DNA of 32,000 bases. Origin: Candidatus Saccharimonadota bacterium (lineage in GTDB: Bacteria > Patescibacteriota > Gracilibacteria > BD1-5 > UBA2023). The stretch is taken from positions 270,001 to 302,000 of the forward strand of contig OY970170.1 of the NCBI GenBank assembly GCA_963706795.1, given 5' to 3'. Made by a program: the position numbers and the translations under genes. Shown here piece by piece: positions 15,960 through 23,201 of this stretch (within the stretch, counting starts at the first letter, position 1; each line of letters opens with the position of its first letter). The notes under the pieces were generated by a model. That model worked only from the letters and a program-made list of their open reading frames with translations, did not search any database and was not told where the DNA came from.

Positions 15960-18542
15960 ATGTACAGCGCCCGAGAGTCACCTTATGCACTCGAGTCTAT
16001 TCCTCAGAAGAGTTTTTCGCTGCGCGAAACAGCGCTTGCACTCTTTGGTGAAAATCAAGCGCGTAAAAAATCCTCTACCTATGAAAAATTCAAAGCAGAC
16101 TGGAAGCGAGATGCAAAAAAGCGACTTATTCTTGGTGTCACGCTCGCGGGATGAGCGATCATTGCAACAGCAACTGGAGCTACCGCTATAGCTGGCGCCA
16201 TGATTGCCACACGAGCTGCGATTGGCGCGATCTGAGGGTTTATCACCACCGAAGCGGCCTTTGATCTCGGAGCCCAAAAATTCGACGGATGAATGTTTAA
16301 AGAGCTCCTTCGTACAATCGAAGAATCCGACAATTTTGAAGAAGTACTCGAGGTGATTGCAAGGATCGAAAACGATCAGAGCATCGCCGATCTCGAGGCA
16401 GCATTCCAAAAGGCCGAAGAGAAAAACGAGCGTTTTAAGATGATACGCAAAATATCCGCCTGCACAGTTGGTGCTGTCATGTGAATTATTGGCGGATCTC
16501 ATGTGGCTGAGGCAGTCAATTGATTACCGACTATATCAGTCCAGTCAGAAATACATGCATCTCAAATTGCAGAAGTTTCTGATGTTCCAATTACTGATGA
16601 TATTTCTCCTGTGCCTCAGAATCTCAGTATTGAAAATACAGGAGATACTCAGCAGCAGCCCGTTACAAACAAACTCATAGACGAAGTATTTGCTGATATC
16701 AGATCCGATCACCCGACGCAAAATTATATTACGCTCGAACAGGCAGTGCGGCGCATCGAATGACTCAAACAAGGAATTTCGCTTACTGAAAGTGAAAAAC
16801 TCATTCCCATGAATTCGAGTATTTCATCACTCATACATGATCCGGACGGAAAAATTGTCCACATTATGAAGGATCTCGGATACCAAAATCCCAACGAAAC
16901 CGTTGATCACGCAGCTCGCAGACTGAGTTCCGAAAAAATACGCGTGATTCTGCAAAAATATTATGAAGAGGCACCACCAATCGAGATCGAGCAAGTATGA
17001 AGTCCTTCCTTAACTCAGCAAATCAGCATTCCGGAAGTCGCCTCAGAAGAAATTCATGAGAATATTGAGATTGCTCATCCCGAAACTGTAGTAACAGAGA
17101 TCGCAAAAATCGAACCAACCGCGATCCAAGTGTCATCATCCAATTCCCTGCTCTATACAATTGGTGCCTCAGTTATTGCGGTAGGAGTTGCGCTCGGCCT
17201 CATCTCAAAAAAGAAAGCGCGACAAACACGGGTTTCAAACTCAGATACTTCTGTTACAGCAGGACCGCCAGAGCCTACTACGACAGCTCCGAACACTACA
17301 GAAGAAGAGACATCATGAGCTCACATCACAGATACTCCCACAGAAACAACGATCCCTACAGAACCACCAACAGAAGTGTCTACTGAGTCTCCTTCGCAGC
17401 CAGACACTTCTGAGACCGCGGAAGATGCAAATCTATCAGACTCACTTCCTACAACTGAGACATTTCCTCCTGTAAATAATGCCGCACAAAAAACTCATAC
17501 TCCAAGCGCGGAAATCGCTTATGAATGAACACTCTACGACGAAATAGAGACAAGTCTTACCGAATGCTTTGAATGAGATTACAAATGGGTACGAGATGAT
17601 TCGAGGCAGCTTGAGACGACATCGGAGCGACGACTCGTCTTCATTGGGAATACGATTGGTGGAAACTTTGACGCACACGTATTACTTTCTGGATCGACCT
17701 ATCGAATTGCCATCATATGGTACGAAGATGATACACCCATCCATCATGAGGATTCAGGTATTCTCTCGCTCGAAGATATTCCGCAAGGAAGCAAGCAACA
17801 AGAATACCTGAGCCAAGAGATTGATGACGTCTTTTTTAGACTCCTTGATTTCCGTGAGGCGCAAAAAACTGCCGAGATGCGATCTCTTGAAAGTGTGGGG
17901 ATGTATAGAAGTGACCTCGCGAAAATATATGAGCAACTCGAACATCCAGAAATTCTTGCAAATAACTGGGAAACGGGTGGTTGGTGGTTCATGGATTGTT
18001 ACCGCATCAGGAATGGACACATCACCATGATCAATCTCAGAAATCCACCATTTGAAATCCTGGAAGTTTCATCGGTAGAGATGTCACTTCAGAAAAATGA
18101 AGCAGGATATAGCTATTTTAAAAGGAAGGTTGAGGATTTTATATCACTGAGTTACAGCGCAAAAGAGACTCTTTGGGCGATGCGACGCTACTCTGCAGAA
18201 AAACTTACTCATCCAAATGCGCTTCCTCCAGTGGGTATGGTATTTGATTATAACTGGCACAAACACTGTTCATCAACTCTCATGCACCCAAGTGGCGGGG
18301 ATATCAACGAAGCAGCGCCAGAAGCCTTTATAAAATCACCAAATCTACAGACATTTACATGGGCAATCGTCACGCCACTCTCGAGATCGGACTATATTCC
18401 CATGAGTCATCAGGTCATCTTTGGAGATGGTGCACGCAAATACGTACTGAGCCTTTGGGCTCTCAATAGAGATCCAGAGGACATTCATACCCGATATACT
18501 TACGAGGATCTGCGAACGATAAACGTTCGCATCATCGACTAG
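15960..18542 (+). CDS. Large membrane protein (860 aa, table 25): N-terminal Gly/Ala-rich TM region, a second TM, a Thr/Pro/Glu-rich linker and a C-terminal globular domain with a JAB/MPN-like metalloprotease motif (putative)
   Basis: Frame 0 is open from 15960 to the TAG at 18540-18542. It has 10 in-frame TGAs and no TAA or TAG (parsed codon by codon) and links track ORFs 15960, 16293, 16809, 17130 and 17877. The TM helices are AIIATATGATAIAGAMIATRAAIGAIGGFITT and LLYTIGASVIAVGVALGLISKKKAR. The C-terminus has NNWETGGWWF...ITMINLRNPP...VGMVFDYNWHKHCSSTLMHPSGGDI. There is no obvious SD, so the start is uncertain, and internal starts cannot be excluded. Confidence 0.6.
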
Positions 18543-18548
18543 ATTCCA

Positions 18549-18614
18549 GCACATTCGTGTGCCGGAAGGAGGGCGTTGCGCTATCGCTCTCCTTCCGGTG
18601 CAAGAATGCACCGG
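18549..18614 (+). promoter_or_regulatory. GC-rich structured intergenic element with mutually exclusive hairpins (possible attenuator, terminator or cis-regulatory RNA)
   Basis: H1 is gcaca-ttcg-tgtgc (18549-18562). H2 is ccggaaggag (18562-18571) pairing with ctccttccgg (18589-18598) around a 17-nt loop. H3 is ccggtgca-agaa-tgcaccgg (18595-18614). H2 and H3 compete for ccgg at 18595-18598. H3 is followed by attgttcatt. Confidence 0.4.
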
Positions 18615-18649
18615 ATTGTTCATTAACACTCTCAGAGAAAGGATACATC

Positions 18650-19156
18650 ATGCACTCTTTTTGGACTTTGCTCAAGGCAGATTTTCTTGCGGAGACACTG
18701 TCAAAAGTGCTCTTCTCAGGGAAGTACCCAAAACTGGTAGCGTTCATTATTTTGTTTTTTGTAGGCATCTATTTGTGTCTACGGCATCTATTGAGACTGA
18801 CTACTTGGATGGGACATTTGCCATTTAAGACTCAGTGGGTTCGAGCTTTTCGTTCGATCAAACAAACGGCAAGTGTGGCCAAAAAATTAGGCGACAAGGT
18901 GTCTCCTGCGGGCGGTAATAGTGACTATTTTGAGCTCGTGATTACGGGTTCAAATTGGGCACAACAAATCCACACGATACGCTACAGGATCAACAAACGA
19001 ACGGGGCTTTTAAATATTGTATTCTTACGACAGAATACCGAATTTCAGGCACATTATGCTTTTTTAATTCAGCACGCTGGCTTGGAACCTGGGTTCGAAA
19101 TGATCGCAGATTCCCTTCCACGTATTCATCAAAAAATCCGGACTAATTTACTGTAG
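18650..19156 (+). CDS. Hypothetical single-pass membrane protein (168 aa); first gene of the E2/E1 operon
   Basis: The ATG at 18650 follows gagaaaggatacatc (an SD-like AAAGGA). The TM helix is KLVAFIILFFVGIYLCL. The C-terminal domain of about 100 aa has no recognised family. Stop is TAG, 8 nt before the next gene. Confidence 0.55.
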   Translation: MHSFWTLLKADFLAETLSKVLFSGKYPKLVAFIILFFVGIYLCLRHLLRLTTWMGHLPFKTQWVRAFRSIKQTASVAKKLGDKVSPAGGNSDYFELVITGSNWAQQIHTIRYRINKRTGLLNIVFLRQNTEFQAHYAFLIQHAGLEPGFEMIADSLPRIHQKIRTNLL

Positions 19157-19164
19157 GAGTTATC

Positions 19165-19413
19165 ATGAAATATATCATTGTTATTCTTTTTGTGCTCGTG
19201 TTTGCTGGATGTTCAACGCCAATGAATCAGACGCAATATTCGTCACCACAAAGGGTCAATTATACACAGAGGAACGAAGTACGAACCTCACCTTCCGCCG
19301 AATTCGATCTGGCCGAATATCTTTCGGAATTCTACCGAACACCGCAAGTGGTGGAATCACAGAGTCCACGCCTCAAAAAACGGCTTGATCGGATCAAAAA
19401 AGCAACGGAGTAA
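19165..19413 (+). CDS. Small lipoprotein (82 aa)
   Basis: SD taggag, the lipobox MKYIIVILFVLVFAGC and a TAA stop. The next gene starts 3 nt later. Confidence 0.7.
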   Translation: MKYIIVILFVLVFAGCSTPMNQTQYSSPQRVNYTQRNEVRTSPSAEFDLAEYLSEFYRTPQVVESQSPRLKKRLDRIKKATE

Positions 19414-19416
19414 ATC

Positions 19417-20307
19417 ATGAAAATCTATATTTTTTGCCTGCTTCTCTTCCTTCCATTAAGTATTTACGCGAAGGAGTCGGCAAATATTGCCAGCATGAGA
19501 ATCTATCTAGAAACCATCAATCAAATACGAAAGGACGAACGAATCAAGGCTCAAAAGATATATGCGGCTTTTCGAGCGGGTGAACTCGATGAAGAAGATG
19601 CGGAGAAGGCATTCGATAAAATCGATACCCGAATCGAAACACTTAATAAAGAGAAAGAGTACATTGAGCAATCAATCATCCATGAACAAAAGAGCCTAGA
19701 TACCGTATCTCAAGATACTCCTTCTCCGCCTGTTGTTCCTGCTCAAGTGCTAAATATTTCTGCTTCAGATGCTGCTGCAAATCTGGACTACCCTCAGGTA
19801 AAAACTCCAACTCAGCCGCCTGCCCCGATTGTGAGACATGCGGGTTTAGCATTTTTGGATGGGGTTTTATATATCGGTCGGTTTATCCTGATCGCATTTT
19901 TTGTTGCCGTAACTGCAATCGTTGGAATTAAGGCCTATGTCTCAAAAACAAAGCCCAAAGAAACGACTGTGGAGACTCAAAGAATCCATTCAATCCGACA
20001 AATTGGAACATCTACACCTCAAAATCAAGAAGCTTTTACCTCAGAAACAAGCATTGTTCAGGCAGAAGAGGAAATTGAAGTTATAGATATTTCGTCCGAA
20101 CCCGAAGTTGCTGAAGAAATCAGTCCTGAAGTCATCACTCCAATTCCCGAAGCAGTAACGACGCCGACGGACACCTTGGACTCACCTCAGATTTTTGAAA
20201 CAACCGAAACAGTGACACTCGTGGACACGGATATTTTTGCAACGAAAGTTACTGAACATCCAGACATCCAGAATAGGCGCCATAGCGGCGAAATCACAAA
20301 CATCTAA
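19417..20307 (+). CDS. Hypothetical type-I membrane protein (296 aa): signal peptide, coiled-coil ectodomain, TM and an acidic Thr/Pro/Glu-rich cytoplasmic tail
   Basis: The signal peptide is MKIYIFCLLLFLPLSIYA. The helical region is RIYLETINQIRKDERIKAQKIYAAF...TRIETLNKEKEYIEQSI. The TM helix FILIAFFVAVTAIVGIKAYV is followed by SKTKPKE (positive-inside). The tail reads EPEVAEEISPEVITPIPEAVTTPTD.... Confidence 0.7.
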   Translation: MKIYIFCLLLFLPLSIYAKESANIASMRIYLETINQIRKDERIKAQKIYAAFRAGELDEEDAEKAFDKIDTRIETLNKEKEYIEQSIIHEQKSLDTVSQDTPSPPVVPAQVLNISASDAAANLDYPQVKTPTQPPAPIVRHAGLAFLDGVLYIGRFILIAFFVAVTAIVGIKAYVSKTKPKETTVETQRIHSIRQIGTSTPQNQEAFTSETSIVQAEEEIEVIDISSEPEVAEEISPEVITPIPEAVTTPTDTLDSPQIFETTETVTLVDTDIFATKVTEHPDIQNRRHSGEITNI

Positions 20308-20326
20308 TTTTCGAAAGGAATGTTGT

Positions 20327-20794
20327 ATGGAAGATACAGAATCTCTCCCAAACTGGATACGGCAGAATCCTGAAAGATTTCAGAAAAGACTCAAAGAGGA
20401 AGCAAAACTCCTCTATAAAGATTTTCCAAATCTGGGATTTTATCGAGATGGTCTTGTATTATATATAGAAGGACCGGTTGTCTCTCGAAGTTTTAACGCA
20501 TACAGAATTCGTGTGCGCTATCCCGAAGAGTATCCATACGCCCCAGCAGAAGGCTATGTGTTAGACCAGGATGTCCGTGATTATGCAAGAAACATAAGTG
20601 CTCATACACTTCATCATTACGGCGATACTGGGGATGAATGGGGTATGCAGCTCTGTTTGCAAGATATCAGCGAATGGAAGATCAATGACTCTGGTATTTC
20701 GATCGCGCAGTTTACGATCTTGTGGCTGAATGCTTATGAATTTTTTCGAATTAAGGGTTACTGGCCCCTCAGGGCTGGTGATTCAACATTTTAA
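20327..20794 (+). CDS. Ubiquitin-conjugating-enzyme (UBC/E2)-fold protein, prokaryotic E2-like (155 aa)
   Basis: SD aaagga precedes the start. The sequence aligns by eye along the whole UBC core. The N-terminal helix is RLKEEAKLLYKDFPNLGF. LYIEGPVVS...YRIRVRYPEEYPYAPAEGYVL corresponds to I.GP...pY.gg.f.l.i.fp.dYPf.pP.v.F. HHYGDTGDEWGMQLCLQDISEW corresponds to HPNi...G.ICLdiL...W, with the candidate catalytic Cys at 20654-20656. Confidence 0.75.
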   Translation: MEDTESLPNWIRQNPERFQKRLKEEAKLLYKDFPNLGFYRDGLVLYIEGPVVSRSFNAYRIRVRYPEEYPYAPAEGYVLDQDVRDYARNISAHTLHHYGDTGDEWGMQLCLQDISEWKINDSGISIAQFTILWLNAYEFFRIKGYWPLRAGDSTF

Positions 20795-20812
20795 AACAAC
20801 AAGGAGTAGATC

Positions 20813-21862
20813 ATGAAAGAAGAATACAAAATCCCTGGAATGCCTGATGTCGGAACACCTGGCAATCGCAGAAACATTCAAACAGAAGCACTCGAAAACA
20901 TGTTTCGAGAATTCAATAATGGTGAAGGTATGCTCATCACCCGAGAAGGTATGCCTATAGCCAAAAGCACGCTTCCTGGTAATCCGTCTGATTTTGCAGA
21001 ACTTCGCAATATTCGGACAAGTATGGCGGATGCAGACATTGCATCTAATCCGTATCATGCACCCAATCCACGCCGTGATACACTGATGCCACCTCTGCGT
21101 GGCAAATGTATGACGATCGTTGGTTTGGGTGGAGGAGCTAATATTCCTATTGAGCTCCTCAAATGTGGCGTAGATCATTTTCATTTGATTGACCATGATA
21201 TTCTGGAGCCGGCCAATGCCATTAGGCATCCCTGCTCCAAGCGATATTTTGGACTTCCAAAAGTCGAAGCCGTCAAACTCCATATGCTCGATCTCACTTC
21301 GCAAGAAGTCGAGATCACGGCGCATAACTACAATGTGTTTGATGACCGCAAAAAAACGATCGATATCATCGAGCAATCCGATGTACTCATTGTTGCGACT
21401 GACACCGAAGCTTCTCGGCATTTTCTTAATGAAATCGCAGTTAAAGCAGGTGTGCCAGCTGTATTTGTGGGTATGTTCGAAAATGGTTCTGGTGGCGAAA
21501 TCTTTGCCGCCTTGCCGGATGCGCCATGCTATTGCTGCCTGGCAGAACATCTGGGTCGCGAAAAATTCCTCACAGAATACCGCGAAACCACCAAAAAAGC
21601 GGACTGCAGTTCGGCCCGTGACACCTCAGCAATGCCGGCTCTCGGTATTGATCAGGGGCTTCTTGCGCTCATTGCAGCTCGTAAGTCCGTGGATATCCTT
21701 CTCTCTGGAGTGCAACACTCTCTCCCTCCACTCGGAGGTAATTGGATCATTTTTTCGATTTTCGGTATTCCAAAAATACTCGAGACATCGCTCTCATCGA
21801 TCCAATCCGACCTCACGCGACATCCTAAATGTTTCGCGTGTGGCGAACCAACGCTCACATAG
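20813..21862 (+). CDS. ThiF/MoeB-family E1-like adenylyltransferase (349 aa)
   Basis: A strong SD (aaggag) precedes the start. CMTIVGLGGGANIPIELLKCGVDHFHLIDHDILEPANAIRH...GLPKVEAVKLHMLDL...VEITAH...SDVLIVATDTEASRHFLNEIAVKAGVPAVFVG...GGEIF...PCYCCL aligns with E. coli MoeB: the nucleotide loop GLGG.G, the D.D....sNl.R motif, the ..TDn Asp and the first CxxC. A second CxxC (CFAC, 21830-21841) completes the zinc tetrad. An N-terminal extension of about 95 aa is uncharacterised. Confidence 0.85.
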   Translation: MKEEYKIPGMPDVGTPGNRRNIQTEALENMFREFNNGEGMLITREGMPIAKSTLPGNPSDFAELRNIRTSMADADIASNPYHAPNPRRDTLMPPLRGKCMTIVGLGGGANIPIELLKCGVDHFHLIDHDILEPANAIRHPCSKRYFGLPKVEAVKLHMLDLTSQEVEITAHNYNVFDDRKKTIDIIEQSDVLIVATDTEASRHFLNEIAVKAGVPAVFVGMFENGSGGEIFAALPDAPCYCCLAEHLGREKFLTEYRETTKKADCSSARDTSAMPALGIDQGLLALIAARKSVDILLSGVQHSLPPLGGNWIIFSIFGIPKILETSLSSIQSDLTRHPKCFACGEPTLT

Positions 21863-21880
21863 TACTAAAGTGTGCAGCGT

Positions 21881-21912
21881 AAAATATCCCCTTCAACCGA
21901 AGGGGATATTTT
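21881..21912. terminator. Bidirectional rho-independent terminator between the E1-like and UPF0489 genes
   Basis: aaaa tatcccctt caaccg aaggggata tttt. Confidence 0.8.
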
Positions 21913-22621
21913 AATATTCAAAAACTCTCTTGAGCATATCAATTGCACGCGCTTGATCGATAAAAAACGGGCTCGTCGCGATCGTGATACATGAAACCTG
22001 TGAGGCAAAATGGAGAATGACTTCTTTTTTGAATGCAAAATCAATATCGTTGAGCTCAGGAGCAAAAAAATCAAGATCGAGATTAAGGATCGAATTTTTT
22101 GAAATCATCGAATGGCGCTCACGCGTAAGATCGCCTTCTCATTCGATACGAATCATCCGCCCAATGAGGCCTTCAGCCATGGCAGGCTTTATATAGTTGC
22201 CAACATTGCACTCAAAATTGGTAAATTCAAAGACCCTCCCCATATCGAGTGAGTCAGGTTTTTGAAGTGTGAAGGTATTCTCCCAAAGATCCGAATGCTC
22301 ATCGATGTGCACAAGGGTCGCCCCATCTTGGAGAATGCCATTTGATCGTGCTTCGTACCAAAAATAGAGCGCATGGTTGTGGTTATCAAAGATCGTAACT
22401 GGAATACCATTCCATGAGGTTGAAACAAAATTTTTGAGTCCATACGCCTCAATGCAACGACCATCATCCTCAGCTACAAACACAAGGTTTTTGCTCTCGC
22501 GCACGTCATCAAAACTTCATTTAATAAGTCCTGGTACCACCAATGCACCTTCCCATCCAAGTGGTGCAAGAGCACGATTCCCTTTTAAATCCGTGAGGAG
22601 GAACGAGTCACTATAGTGCAT
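21911..22621 (-). CDS. UPF0489-family protein (236 aa, table 25)
   Basis: Track ORFs 22139..22504 and 21911..22108 are in frame and joined by the TGA at 22139-22141. The frame extends upstream through the TGA at 22517-22519 to the ATG at 22621. The motifs FDNHNHALYFWY, LVHIDEHSDLW, NVGNYIKPAMAEGLI and LNLDLDFF match my recollection of UPF0489 (C5orf22-like: DH.e.L..., HfDsHpDl, LDIDLDfF). Confidence 0.65.
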
Positions 22622-23192
22622 GGCCTGACTCAAAAAGCGCATGAAGCTCTACAAGAGTAGACTCGATGTCCTCATTTACGATGCGAATATCATAAAAATG
22701 TCGCTCTTCCATCTCGACGAGTGCATTTGCATAGCGGATTTCGAGATCTTCAGGAGAATTCACACCACGTCCAATAAGCCTTGATTTGAGGACATCAAGC
22801 GATGGTGGCTCAAGAAAAATACTCGTCACTTCATATCCTGCATCCTCGAGCACTGGCTTGAGATGAACCATGCCTTGAGGATCGATGATATAGAGTGGTT
22901 TCTTACCAAGCTCTACAATGCGCTCAAGCTCCTCAAAAGTCGAGCCGTAATAGTTTCCATGCACAATTGCATATTCGATGAGTTTTTTGTCATGAATCGC
23001 CTCCTTAAAATTATCAGCGGACCAAAAATGGTAGTGTACGCCATCCACTTCTCATGGCCTCACTGCACGGGAAGTGGTAGTGATTACTTTTTCGATGCGA
23101 GTATCGGGATGTTCATATTTGTAAGTCTCCCAAACGGTGGTTTTACCAACGGCAGAAGGTCCTGAAAGAATGAAAACGTGTGGCTGATTCAT
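22611..23192 (-). CDS. gmk: Guanylate kinase (193 aa, table 25)
   Basis: The ATG at 23192 gives MNQPHVFILSGPSAVGKTTV...ITTTSRAVRPGEVDGVHYHFWS...YAIVHGNYYGS.... The P-loop and the TTR..RpGE.dG.dY.F motif are both present, with the RPGE Gly encoded by the TGA at 23052-23054. Its end overlaps the UPF0489 start by 11 nt. Confidence 0.92.
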
Positions 23193-23201
23193 AGAGTGAA
23201 A

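Noticed and set aside
18557-18649. GTG start at 18557 for the first operon gene (MCRKEGVALSLSFRCKNAPDCSL...)
   Set aside because: That segment coincides with the GC-rich hairpin cluster. The ATG at 18650 has an SD-like AAAGGA and immediately gives a sensible N-terminus plus TM helix. The extension cannot be fully excluded.
20783-21550. 255-aa minus-strand ORF (MFCQAAIAWRIRQGG...) antisense to the E1-like gene
   Set aside because: This is a shadow ORF opposite a gene with unambiguous ThiF/MoeB motifs. Its composition is Cys/Arg/Ile-rich and odd, and it has no SD or family resemblance. The same reasoning applies to 21189..21914 (+, out of frame).
18650-21862. Classifying the E2/E1 locus as CBASS type II or a Bil/Bub system
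   Set aside because: No CD-NTase or cyclase, no recognisable effector, no Ubl, and E1 and E2 are separate proteins. Only the enzyme families are shared, so the locus is reported as an unclassified system instead.
13626-21912. The island as a prophage, integrative element or transposon
   Set aside because: No integrase, transposase, recombinase, phage structural genes, tRNA attachment site or flanking direct or inverted repeats were seen. The boundaries are ordinary terminators.
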